Source: Paraspadella gotoi (lineage: Eukaryota > Animalia > Chaetognatha). Taken from it: 64,000 bases of DNA. Below are positions 12,685 to 26,114 of this stretch, piece after piece; positions within the stretch are counted from its first letter, which is position 1, and the number at the start of each line of letters is the position of its first letter. Both the position numbers and the translations under genes were made by a program. The DNA lies in NCBI GenBank assembly GCA_051294375.1, contig CM119266.1, positions 4,168,931-4,232,930 of the forward strand, read 5' to 3'. The notes beneath the pieces are model-generated. The model was given only the letters and a program-made list of their open reading frames with translations, did not search any database and was not told the origin of the DNA.

Positions 12685-13816
12685 TTAATTATTAATCGCC
12701 TCATATCAGCGTTTTGATAATCTTTAGATTTAGACCCCTTTTCTATAAGAAAAAAAATACTGTTGGTTACAAATAGGAGATTAAACGGTTTTTTATGTTA
12801 TTGTTGCTCATTAATAATCGTTGGGTGGAAATTAGTCTTCCAACTGTATATAACAGTGGTATTTAAATCTAGAAACATTTTATCGCTTCTACGGTTGATT
12901 GTGATTTTTTTTAAACGACTAATATATTTTATTATTGCAGTTATTAACCCTTGATACCCATTTTCCATTTGTTTCTATTATAAAATACTCGTTACAATGT
13001 CAGGGTTTTGTTAACTCTGTATCAATACGGCGCTATATTTCATCGTATTTAGTGTTTGATACACATTCGACTTTTTTAGGAGGAAGACTCAAAATTTAGT
13101 CATTCCTCCCAAATCGGCCGCTTGTCAAATTTAAGAAAGAGATACTTTTTAAGGCTTTTTTAGTTTTGGCTACTCTTCGTTATCTATATGCATTTGTTGA
13201 CATTTGTCATGTAATATCCTGCCTATTACGCGTTTGTTATTCTCATTCGATGATGCGTATACGTTTTGCCAAAAAAAGTTAAAAGTTACGAGGAAAAAGT
13301 TTCTCCGTGTTGAACATTCGGCAGACCGTAACTAAAAAATATTTTACAATCATTGGTGCAGCCATTGTATTTCCAATTTACATAATTAGTTTCTTAGTTC
13401 GATCTCATCTTTTCCTAGCGAGAAATCGGTGATGCTTGTTTTTTAGGGCCTGGAGTTTGGAGCTTGTTTTTTTTTTTTTTTTTTTTTTAATATCTACGTA
13501 CGATGCTTGTATTAAATTTTCTCCGACCAATTAAATTTATCCTTAAAATACATAAATTTGTTGAGTTGAATTAGGTCTTCGTTAAAAGCTTCGTACATAC
13601 AAACTTTTTAACATTTTCCACCATCGACATTGGATGTCGATTTCGTTACTTCTCTTTTTCAATGTTTCGATTCGTTAATTATGACCAATTCTTTCTTGAG
13701 TTTTAAGCTTAAAAATAAAAAAAAAACACATAAATGAAAGAAAAGTGAACCGTAAATCGATTTGAATCTCGAAAACAAAGTCAAATATAATAAAATAATA
13801 TAATATAATATTAAAT

Positions 13817-16304
13817 ATGAGCGAATCTGAGAAAGAAGAGCTGGATTCCGAGGAAGAGGATTTGGATTACGTCCCCGAAGGAGGAGAAGATGTCGACGAG
13901 GTGAGGCGGGTGGTGGTGGGGGGTGGAGGAAAAAATATATATAAGTAAATACATAAATAATAAAGGAGTAACAATAAAAGTCACTTCTGGGTCGATCTGT
14001 CCCTTTATCCCATTAACGTTTTGAATGTGCATATTTCGTAAAAAAACAGTAATCTATTTAATTATTTAGTAAATAGGTATTGGGTAATACACTTGGAGAC
14101 GTTTATTGTGTATGTTTAAGTATCAAGCAATCGATGCGACGCGACACCTTTGAAATATCTGTCCTTTGTTCAGCAAAGTCACTCCTTCCTTCTTCAGGCT
14201 TCGGGTGAATCGGAAAAATCTGAAGACGAAGTTGACGACATCGAAGGAGGCAAGAAATTCGTCGCTAAGCCTAAAGTGAGAATCTTATTAAATACAATTT
14301 AAATACTATAATTTGCTGAACTGAAGTTTTAATTTCTGTTAATTTACTTCCATTACAGAAAACTACGAGATCTTCGAAGAAAAACTTGAAGCGAGGTAAG
14401 TCGTGGGGGGAATATGAGTAGGAAATGTTTTGACTATTTCCTACATAATTTAAACTGGTACGTACAATGAATTATGAATTAATGTAACGAATTGATAGGA
14501 AGAACGAGAAGAGGCGTCGTTTACGGCGACGATTCTGAAGAGAGCGAATCGATCGAGGTTCCTTCGAAAAAATCTAAGGCCGAGGTAAGTCGCTTCCTTG
14601 GGGAAAAGTCAGGAGGGAAGATAGCTTATTTTCTTATTTCATTTTATATTGTGAAATGTTCTACTTTCAATCATTTTTCGCTTCCTTCCTTTACGCCCTC
14701 TTTTCCTCCCCTCTCTTTTCCTCCCTTCTCTTTCCTCCCCTCTTTAATCTACCCCCTCCTTTCCTACTCCCTTTCCCTTCTTCCCTCCCACCTACCCTTC
14801 CCCGATCCCCGATCCAGGACGAGTTAAAAGACAAGAAGCGCGTTGATGATTTGTGGGCTTCTTTTCTCTCGGACGTGAAAACGACGAAACCCAAGACATC
14901 AACGCAAAAAGTTCTCGTTCAAAAAGGTAGATTCTTTCTTGCTATTATTAATTTCTAACTTAAACCATGAAATAAATTTTGGACCAAAGATCATTTCACG
15001 CTATATGCCAATCACAGATAATTGCACACTATTTTCCAATCACAGATCATTGCATATCATTCGCCAATCACAGATAATTGCACGTCATTTGTCAATCACA
15101 TATAATTGCATATCATTCGCCAACCTCAAATCATTGCATGCAAATTAGAGATGAATATATATTACATTTCATTAACACATTTATAAATATTTTTTTCCCC
15201 TTAAACTGAAGGGACGAAGATCGAAGTTGAAGGCGGCGACTCATCGAGTTCTGATTTCATCTCCTCAGCGGCGTCAACCTCAGCCACCGCCGCCGCCGCC
15301 GACACATCCTCCTCCAAAACCCCCAACTCGTCGTCCACGACCTCACAAAAAATCACCATCACCAAAGTCTTCGATTTCGCTGGCGAAGAAATTAAAGGTC
15401 TCTCACTCTCTCTCTCTCTCTCTTGTGTCTTTATAACTAAATAATAATTATTGATAAAGTAAGGATATTGATTAATATTCACATTCGTTTGTCGATCTCG
15501 CAGTTACGAAGGAAGTGTCAATAGACTCTGAAGAGGCGAAGGAAGAACTCGCTCGAAGACGAACTCAAAATCCCGAGAAGGAGGCGGAGAAGTCGACGAG
15601 CGATTCCAACGAGAAAAGCGAAAGATCTTCGGCCGACGATTCCAACAGCGCCGTCTCCGCAGCTGGAGCTGCAGTCGCCGCGGAATCGAACGGCAGCAGC
15701 GGCGGCGTCGGCGAAGGAACGTCGACCAAGAAGGGAGACGAGGGAGGAGCGTCTCTCAACAAAAAACCTCCTCTCGCGACGGGCAACTCCACCGTGGATA
15801 AAATCCTCGCTCTCGGGAAGATCAAGTCTGGGACTTCGTCTCCGGGTAGATTATCTCTTTAGGGAGGGGGGGGGTTCAATTAAACCTCTTATTTTTTCAA
15901 AACAGAGAGAGAGAGAGTGGGGGGAGGGGAACCATGAACCATCAAAATGCTTTGACTACATGATCTAAAAATTAAACTGCTTCTCTACTCTTTACCCTTA
16001 ATTCACATTATTATCAGTTATTATTATTACAGTATTACTTATAATATTAATTGAATTAGGCCTACCACCGAAAGGCGGCCTCTCAAACATCATGAATAAA
16101 ATCGGAGGAACGAAGAAGAAGATGAGCGTCTTAGAAAAGACTTCGATCGATTGGAAGAAATTTAAAGAGAAGGAAGGGATCGTCGAGGAGCTCTCATCCT
16201 TCAACAAAGGAAAAGGAGGATATTTGGAGAAGCAAAAGTTTCTGCAACAAACTGATTTCAGACAATACGACCTTGAAAGGAATTTGCGGATGGGCAAACG
16301 GTGA
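13817..16304 (+). CDS. CFDP1: Craniofacial development protein 1 / BCNT (Swc5 homolog), ~8 exons
   Basis: Acidic N-terminus with DLDYVP; KKRVDDLWASFLSDV; KITITKVFDFAGEEIKVTKEV; BCNT-C domain KKKMSVLEKTSIDWKKFKEKEGIVEEL…NKGKGGYLEKQKFLQQTDFRQYDLERNLR. Exons approximately 13817-13900, 14198-14274, 14359-14395, 14499-14585, 14818-14927, 15212-15398, 15504-15845, 16060-16304. Confidence 0.93.
15008..15140. repeat. 28-bp minisatellite, ~5 copies (caatcacagataattgcatatcattcgc), in a CFDP1 intron
   Basis: Direct visual periodicity. Confidence 0.8.
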
Positions 16305-17549
16305 CGAAAAGTCAAACCCGAAGAAGAAAAAAATACATTCTGTGGATTAAATTGTCTTTTTTGTTTGTTTGTTAAAAAACAAGTTCAGAGATTAATATCA
16401 ACGCTGCTTTGACCGTCGTATTTTGTCTGATTTGACAAGTTTTAGATTATTAGTCAATAATTAGATAACGAATTGATTAAATCCAAAAGTAGCTTGTGTC
16501 TTTCAAACGTCGAGCAAACAAAAGTTCTTCGAGCCTGAAAAAGGCGGCATCTCTTAAAACCGATGTGACGTTTATTCACAAATTGTAGCCAAAGACTGTT
16601 TGAAATGTATTTTTTTGTTTTCTAAAAAAAACCTTTTAGTTTGACTTCGATTTGGGCTCAAACTCAGTTGTTTGCTAAATTTTTCATTCTCTTTATTTTT
16701 ATTTTTCCTCTTAATCTTTGCTTTGATAAATATATTTCGAGTAAAACTTATAAAATTTAAAATATACTCTCTTTTAAGGTTTGTATAATTTAATTGTTTC
16801 AATTTTATATGAGAACTTTGTCGGCTTTTCATGGATGATGGACTCTAAATAATTTTTTAATTTTTAAAGTTTGATCTGAAAATTAAATATAATTCGTTAT
16901 GCTTTTGATAACTTTGGCGCGGGCTCATTTTTCAAAAAAATTAATACGTATTTAATAATTATTTCTTAACCGAATTACTGCTCCCCTTTCGTGTTTATTT
17001 TATAAAAATATACATTTTTTAAAATTAATTTTGTATATGGAATTTTACTTAAGGTTTTTAGGGTTATAGTTTGAAATCTAGATAATTCGGCAGTGAGTTT
17101 GAACTTTGGCTAAATTTTTACAGTAGTGATCTCAACGGGGTCGGTTTTTATTCAGTTCGCGCCGCCGCCGCCCCGTCAGCAGCGGCGTCAGCAGCGACAG
17201 CGGCAACGACGGGGCAGACCCAGAAATCCTTGGCAGGAACGGCGGCAGCGGGAAAGCATGTGAGAAGTGTGGGGCAGAGAGAGAGAGAGAAGCGGTAGAA
17301 TTAAAAGCTCGGGGGCGCGAAAGCGACAAGAGACAATAGTATATGATATTCCAAGGCGTGAGTTAGGCACTTGCCTTAAAATCTTTTGTTTTAATATTGT
17401 TCTATTGTTTATCAATTGATTTCTTTGATTTAATTATATAATCCAATATTTTTTAGTTGAAAAAATATCGGTATGAATTCATTAATTACGGAATTGAAGA
17501 TTGGAATATTATGAACTAAATTGATCCTCAGTTGTGACAAAATTGAGAC

Positions 17550-17581
<32 letters not shown>

Positions 17582-17659
17582 AACTTAAATATTTTTGATA
17601 GGCGCTAGAAAATCGTACTAAGGTTTGAACATAGGCAGAGGCGCTTGGGCCGCTGGGCG

Positions 17660-17749
<90 letters not shown>

Positions 17750-18133
17750 CCGTTTATCGTGAAAGGACGAACGAATTGACGAAGAGAGAGAGAGAGAGAG
17801 AGACAACCAAACGACGAGGAGGAGGAGATTTTTCTCGCTTTCGATTTTCGGGTCCAATTTTTTTTTTTTCCATATTTTGACTTTTCTTAGACGGCGCCTT
17901 TTTTTACTCTTTCTCTCTCTCTCTCTCTTTCTCCCAATCTCGATCGCCACACACAGAAACGATCTACCGCCTTGGATCGTCTCATTCTCACTCGTCGATT
18001 ACTTCGTTAACCCCGAGACTTGGCAAATTTCTCCCCCCCCCTCTCTCTCTCTCTCTCAAACAAAAAGAAAAAATCGCCACAAACTCGATCCCACGCTATT
18101 TTTTTCGCTGCTAAGATCACGACGAGGATTGGC

Positions 18134-18173
<40 letters not shown>

Positions 18174-19386
18174 TCGCGGCGGCGCAGTGGCGCCCCGCGG
18201 CGCCCCGCGCGCCATTCCGCTGCACTCGCGCGGCGTCCTGTCAAACGAAAAATTCCCAGTGAGAGAAGAGAAGACGCGTCGCGTACGTCCGGTCCGTTCC
18301 TCCCTCCGTCTGTGCGCCCTTCGGCGTCAACAAGTTACGTCCCGGATCCGGTGACGGTTTTTATTTTTAACGAATGGACTTTTATTCCTACGACACGATC
18401 TCCTATCGTCTGTCAATTTTCGATAAACGTTTTTCGCCGAAAAATTCCTTTCCTTTCATCCGCTTTACGAATGGAGATTAAATCAACTCGAGTGAAAATT
18501 ACTTTATATCCAAATTCCATCACAGATGACAAGATTCACATTTAAAAATTAAAAATACCAAATTAACCACCTCCTAAAACACTAAAAGAATCAGCATTCC
18601 ATTTTCTTTAAAATAACAATTATTTTCTCTTTTAATAAATCCGCGTTATAATTATATAATCGCTCGTTTTAATACGGCGCTTTCTCTTATTTTTCCTTCT
18701 CTTTTTTGTGGTATTAAGTCAGTTTTTTAATTCGGCCGTGAAAACTTGTCGCTGGATTGGTCGATACTTTTTTATTCTCTCCTCTTATTCGTTCCCTTTT
18801 TCCCGACGTGGGTCGATGGCACATTTTGTGTCCCCAAGGAAGGCAGTTGTTGGCCGGGTATAGAACGAAGTAATGAAAGGCAGAGAGAGAGAGAGAGAGA
18901 GAGTTAGTGAGATTGAAAAAGCAGCGGCGATGGCGCCTCCTCGCTCGATGCATCGCGAGCTGCAGGAAACTGGAGAAAGGATGTCATTTAATATTATATA
19001 TAAACAGTAACGTACAAAATAATGTATTTATTTTACTAGTTAGAATAAAGAAAATAGAAGCCTTTTCTTTCCTCTCTCTCTTTCTCTTTATTTTTCCGAG
19101 ACATTGTCTTTCATCGTTCTTTAATAGAATATCTCTCCCCCGGACCTACCGCTCTTTTTACGACCGGCCCGACACCTACCTCCATCACAGCTGCGAGCAA
19201 TCCCGAATCTGTTATTTTGACGCCTTCCCTCGGCTCTACCACTCGCTCTCGCTCTCGCTCGGCCAACCTAAATCGCTATTCATTCGGAAAAAAAAGAGGG
19301 GGGGGAGTGGGAGAGGGGGGAGGTGGTACGATCTCTCGCCCTCCTAAGGCTATGATCCCTTCCTCCCCCAGTTTATCCTCCTATCG

Positions 19387-19450
<64 letters not shown>

Positions 19451-20694
19451 CTCTCTCTCTTCGTTTTCTTTAATTTTGCTCTTCAACGGCCCATCTGTCT
19501 CCGCGGGGCCTCCGGTTTCTCGCCTTTTTCCCTGGCTTCTCCCTCTCTATTTCTCTCTACCTCTCTACTTCTTTCTCTCTCTCTCTCTCTGTGGATGCCC
19601 GAACAATATCTTTCCATCGTGTCCGAAGAGCTCGGGCACTGGGTCCGATTGGTGAGGGACAGAGAACAATGTCCAGCAGGAAATAACTGGGATTGAGGTC
19701 ATAGTCAGGATTTATATTCACAGTGCAAAGATTGGATCCCCAGTCGGGGCGCCTCGGCTCAATCCACCATTTCTTTATTTACTTTCTCCACTGAAATTCG
19801 TCGTTATTTTTTTATTTAAAAAAAAAAACCTTGATCGAAATATATTAAATTACGAAAATTAAAATTGGCGCCCTCCACCCTATAGTTGAACTTGAGACTG
19901 AAGGGTGATATTTTCTGGGAACAACACTTGTGGTAATCAATTATAAGTGACTGGGAGTTTATTTTTTTGTGGGATTAAAAAGTTTTTTTTTCAAATGGTA
20001 TAAAAGCTTCCATCTTATGCCTTCTCTTCCAGTCTATATTTTAAAATTAAAGTTTTAATTTTCATTTAACTTAAAATTTGGAAGGTTATTATTGATTTAA
20101 ATTAGTATGAAATACGCTGTCATGTTACTTATAACGCAAACAATTACTAAAATCACTAAGTTTTTTAAAAATTATTGTTTACATTTTTTTCGTTAGTTTT
20201 AGGTAATTTTTAAAATAAGAAAATGTAAAAACAAATGATTTTACAGCCTTATGGCTTAATCCTAAAATTGTTTTTTCTTGTTCGGTAAAGAAACAAACAT
20301 CTTTTATATGCAATTGTCATATTCGTAGCATAACACATTAAAATCAATGTACAGGAATAACAACATTAGAAAATATTTTAGTAATTAATACTACAATATT
20401 TTGCCACACCTTAAGCTTTTAGCATCTGACGAAAATTCTCAACTTGAACGTAATAGTAATACGTATATTCCTCTAATGGATTCGTCATTAAAATGATGTT
20501 TTTTAACATCGCCGGAAACAATCCTTCACTATCAACGATCTAAGTTATCTTACAAAATAAGAAACATATTTTTCTCCGTGGCAAAGTCATTTTCTTCCCC
20601 ATTTTTTGACTCTCTCTCTCTCTCTCTTTCTTCCAAATAAAACCACTCCCACCTATTTTCCGTTTTGACTCCAGGCAATTTTTGACGTGAACGC

Positions 20695-20708
20695 GCTACC
20701 ATAGCAAC
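20695..20708. promoter_or_regulatory. RFX X-box-like motif (GCTACCATAGCAAC) flanked by CRE-like sites just upstream of ATG 20724
   Basis: Close match to GTTNCCATRGNAAC; tgacgt at ~20683 and tgcgtca at ~20714. Confidence 0.4.
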
Positions 20709-20723
20709 GCGGGTGCGTCAAAG

Positions 20724-23700
20724 ATGACGGAGACCAAAATGGCGTCGACGTTTGTCTCGTTGGACGAAGCGAAAAAGGAATTTCTTGACGTCGTCTCGAG
20801 GTTGAAGCCTTTGCACGTCTCCAAGTTCTTTCAGTGGTTGGAACTACGCATCAACTCTTACAAGCTCAACGGTTACGTTTTACGCGGTATAGTATAGTAT
20901 AACTGTTTTTTGTGAAATGTATTGTCGTCGTTTGGCTTTACCCTAGTTCTGCTGTATTTGTCTACTACTTTACTTGGTTTTTCTTTATTTTTTTCTTTTT
21001 TCTTTTTTCTTTTTTCTTTCTTTCTTTCTTTTTTTCTTTTTGTTCTTTTTTCTTTTTTTCCTTTTTTTATTTTTCTTTTTTTCTTTTTTTCTTTTTTTCT
21101 TTTCCTTTTATTTTCTTTTTTTCTTTTTTTCTTTTTTCTTTTTTTCTTTTTTCTTCTTTTCTTTTTCTTTTTTCTTTTTTTTCTTTCTTTTCTTTTTTTC
21201 TTTTTCTTTTTTTCTTTTTTTCTCTTTTCGTCTTTTTCTCTTTTTTCTCTTTTTTTCTTTTCTTTTCTTTTTTCTCTTTTCTTCTTTTTTCTTTTTTCTT
21301 TTTTTCTTTTTTTCTTTTTTTCTTTTTTTCTTTCTCTCTTATTCTCTTTTTCTCTTCTCTTCTTTCCTTTTCTCTTTCATTTTAAATTCTTCATTTCTTT
21401 CATTATTTCTTCATAGTTGCCATTGTTTCATTCTCCTTCAGTTGCATCCAGCTTCTCTCATTTTTATTGTATCATTTCCTCTTTTTCTCGACCTCTATTC
21501 CCCCTCCCAGCTCCCTCCCCCACTCTGCCTTTTCCCGCCCGATCGAGCGATTTTCACTTTTCCCGCCATTTTCTTTCTTTTCCCTCAGGTTTGCCTTCCT
21601 CGTCGCCCAGCTCAATCGACGTTCCATCTTCCGCGCCCCCTTCCCCGCCCCCCGCCGCCCCGCAAGCCGAAGCCGCCGCTCCCCTTTCCTCCGCCGCCGC
21701 CGCCGCCGCCGTTTCCGCCTCCTCGCCCGCCGCCGCTGCCATCGCCGCCAAATCTTCTTTCGATGCAAATTCTCGGCTCTCGTCGCCTTCGCCACCAACG
21801 CCGCTAAAGATTACAACTACGCCGCCGCCGCTAAAGACCAAAACGCCACCACCGCCGCTAAAGACGCCGTCAACGCCGCCGCCGCCGCCGCCGCCGCCGA
21901 AAACGACGATCGCGACGCCGACTCGCGACGTCGATTCCTTAGTCGTGGAAATTATGGAGCGTCAACAACAGAAGGCGGCGCAACTCCACATTCTGCAAAG
22001 TTCGCCGACGGTCGTCTCCGTTTCTGCAACAACCAAGAATCGGGTATTTATCTCTACATTTAACTTAATCATTATTTAAAACAATCATCTTCAAAAAATG
22101 TATAAAAGAGAAAAAAAATTAATTAAAAGGGCAAAATGAAAAAGAACTTTTCTACGATTTCTTAGAAATAACTTAAATCTTCGTTAAATCTTCGTTTTTC
22201 TTCAGAATGAATCTTGAAGATTATGTTTTCATATATCTTTCTGGACTTATTATAATTATATTTATCCGTAAAATAAAAATATTAAAAAAAAAACAAAAAA
22301 AAAAAAAAAAACAGGTTGATGTTTGATCATTGAATAATTTATTCATTTTTTTTATTTATCCGTATTAATTCATTTAGTCAATCATTCTTTTAATTCCATC
22401 CATCATTCCATTTGTTAATTCTCTCATTCATATATTTCTATTTTTTGGTAAACATAGTGAAAAGAGTCGAAACATGTCCGTTTCAAAAATAAAACTCGTT
22501 GTTTGTAAACAAAAATAAACTTTTTCTCTCTCAATTTTAATTTATTCATTTTTCCCCCTTTCTTTCCTTCTCTCATTCATTCCTTCATTCCTCCATCCCA
22601 TCCCTCCTTCCATCCCTCCATCTCCTCCAAGAATCTCCTCGATCTTCTCGATCACCGCAAACGGCGCCGATTCGACGAAGTCTCCCGTCGATCGATCTCC
22701 AGTCCCGATCTTCGATCTTCGTCGTCGTCGCCATCGTCGTCGTCGTTGGACGGCGTCGCTCCATCGCTCGATCCTCCGGCGACCCTCAACAACAACAACG
22801 ACAACAACAACGACGGTAAAAAGATGGATTTAGAGTCGACGCGAAGGTCGAGAGATCGAGACCGGATCGAGGCACACGCCGTGAACGCTGCTTCTGCCGC
22901 CACCGCAGCCGAAGTTCAGCAGCAGCAACCGCCGCCGCTTCAGCAGCAACCCCATCAGAAACCTTTGGTCGTGCCACACGGAGGGGTTTATCACAACATC
23001 GGGCACACGCAGCAACAGATCCAGCAGTTGCTGCGGCATCAACAGCAGATGCTCGGAAGTCAATCGTTGCTGCAGACGCAATTGCAATATTATCAGGTGA
23101 AGATAAAGATAAAGTGAAAATTTTTTATATCTTATCATTGATAAAGGAAGCCGAGGACTTTATTATTTACTTATAAAATATATATATATATTACACTAAA
23201 TTCAGAACTGCGAGACTTTCACAATTCATATCTTATTGGATATGATGAAATAATGACAAAGTTTTTCTAACAAATTATCACATAATCATCAATAAATCAT
23301 TATGAGTACTAAGCAATATAAATAAACGATTTAAAACCCTAAAATATATTATAAACATTGTAAAAGAACCTTCACTCGACATTTGGAATAATTTACTACA
23401 AGCTGCAAATGAGATTAACGAACATTGTCTATATTCCAGATGCATCAACTCAACCACCTCTACGACCCCGCGGTTCTCTCCACCCCCGCGGCTCTTTCCA
23501 CCCCCGTGCCACTTTCCACCCCCACCATCGTCCCCCCGCCCTTCCCTGCTTTCCTCTCTTCCTCCGTCCCAATCACCTCGTCGCCGCTTATCCGATCCTT
23601 GGCGCCGCCTTCGCTCCTTTTGGCGCCGCCCACGCCGCTGCTCGAGGCGGCGTCCCCGGCGCTAAAGACCAGGGCTTCTCCGGCTCCGCCTTCCATCAGT

Positions 23701-23739
23701 CCGGCCGTCACTTCGTCCTCTGTTACACAAGCGTGAGTA

Positions 23740-23772
<33 letters not shown>

Positions 23773-24928
23773 GATGATGATGATGATGATGATGACTTTA
23801 ATGCCTTGTTTATGAGCGATGAAAGGAATTAATTTGAAACCATTAGCCATCTTAACATACCAAAAAAGTATTAAGAAATATAATTCGGTTAATCATTTTC
23901 TAAAAAAAAAAATTATGAGCCTCTGTATATTACTGTTTACCCAATAATTCAACAATTTTATAACAATAAATATGACAAAACATTAAAAAAATGTTTCTCG
24001 GTTTTATATCTGGTCTTATGGTGAACACAAATCCACCAACCGTTCATCAGCGGCCGTTGGTGAAGAATGCAAGTCATTCACTTCCCAACCCAAAGGTCCG
24101 GTGTTCTCGCCCGGTGGTCGCCTAGCATTTAAGAGGGACCTCGCGACCCGAAACTGCACCGGAATTGGTGGTTTTGAGTAATGGAGCTATCATGAAAAAA
24201 TATAAAAACATTTTACATCTCACTCTTGATTCGCAACTGCTCCTTCAGCGCACTTTGCGCATGCGCTAACTTGTAATATTACTCTTAAAATTTATTTCTC
24301 TTTCCTCCAGTCACGACGCCCCCATCTTCTCCGCCTCTAATAACAACAACAACAACACAACTCCGCTCAATTCCGCTCAACAAAATTTCGCCAAAATGCC
24401 GCAGCTGAAAAAGGAAGTGGACGTCGGAAGCGAAGATTCGCCGGGAGGGAGCCGGTCCGGCGAATCCCCTTCACCGGCACCGGGAAGACGATCCGGCGAT
24501 TGCGGGTCTCCAGCGCCGAGAATCTCCGGACTGGCGATGACGAACGGACACGCGTCGCCGGCGGATTTGGATGCTGCAAAAGACGCTGCTCCGTCGCTGC
24601 TTGCGCGGATGTCGTCGTCACCGAAGCAGACGACGTCGGTGGAACGACGCAACTGCTCGTCCCCTTTCGTCGAAAGGTAATTTTAATTTTGCTTTAATTT
24701 AATTTTTAAATAAATTTGGTACAACTAATATTAAATTATCTGTTTACTTAATAGGTTAAATCCTGTTACATGACCCTGAAAGCCTCTCTCTCGGTCTAGT
24801 TGAATAACTTCGTTACTTTTTAATATACTACTTCAATGAAAACTTACCCATGTCCTGAGGTAGTTCATAAACAGCTATACTGTCTTTATTAGGAATATTA
24901 ATATGATCTGACTGTTCTTTTTTCAAAG

Positions 24929-24961
<33 letters not shown>

Positions 24962-26072
24962 TCCTTACATATTGATCTTCTAAAAGTGATGGGAGGCCCT
25001 TAATCTACCATTGTCGGTTTAAAATCTGGAGACTATAGACCCCATTAATCTAGTTAATTATTATTCGTCTATTATCAAATTAAATTATAGAGTATTACTT
25101 TTTTTTCTCATCAGGTGTGAATCGACGTCGGTTGCTGTAAAAATCGAAAATTTTCAAAACGACTCGATTTACGAGACAAACGCTTCAAAGGTGAGTCTCA
25201 CCAAATCAACGCTGCTTTGAATAATACAAGTTTAATGAAAATACAAGTTATTACGTTTAATTTAATTTAGATTTGTTTGATTTTTTTCTGCTTTAAATGA
25301 ACAGAAAACTGACTGTTATCGTCTCGAATGTTTTTAAATGTTATTTTTTCACGCTTAAACCGAATAATGCATTTCAATCATTCAAACTCATTTGCATATT
25401 CAAATGTGATTTTGCTGAATCAACTTTCAGCCTTAAAGTCTCAGTAAGCAAGATGTCGTCGCGATTAATTCTCCTTTGGATCATTCCTCTTTTTTTGCTT
25501 CGCACATTCAAAAGAAAGTAATGACTGCTGAATTGGTTTTTAGATTAGTTTATTTTAGTTTATAAATATGGTACACACACAAAACAAATAACTAGTCTTA
25601 AACTTCTCACTCTTGAATTTTTATCCATTTTGAAATAAATATTTTTTTTACATACATAAATTCTCATTTCACTGAAAATTAGAATCCAATTTTCTCTAAA
25701 CTATATTTCACTTCAAATTAAGTGCGCAGCAGATAGTAACTCTTTTCCTAAATGAATGGATAATTCTAATGTATCGGACGTACCAATTTTCATTAATTTC
25801 TAAATCGTTAGATGGCGCGTGCCAAAACTCAAGATGGCTGCCGCGAAAATTACTCTCGTATAAACAGAGCGCCTACTACGAATTATCGTCGGGAATCAGA
25901 AGCCTTAAGTGAAAACCAACCGAGCGAAAAAACATTCCGGGTTTCGGCTCAAGAATGCAATGTCGCCGTCTCTCTCTCCCTCTCTCTCACTCTCTCTCTC
26001 TCTGGAATGTTTTACTCCTAAGCGAAGCGCGGAACTTTCTCTCTTCCTCTCTTTTTTTTTTCTTTCTTTTTC

Positions 26073-26114
<42 letters not shown>

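Noticed and set aside
12943-13015. piggyBac-like end (TTAA-CCCT)
   Set aside because: No matching inverted terminus with TTAA was found.
17618-19696. ORFs containing RERERE or SLSLSL runs (also near 40.4, 48.4, 53.5 and 62.9 kb)
   Set aside because: (GA)/(CT) microsatellite read-through with no domain content.
20912-21400. F/S/L-rich 'membrane protein' ORFs
   Set aside because: Translation of an intronic polypyrimidine tract, open in all three frames.
24856-24895. let-7-like seed TGAGGTAGT and possible H/ACA hairpin
   Set aside because: Only ~9 nt match, no pre-miRNA-length stem and no convincing two-hairpin H/ACA structure.
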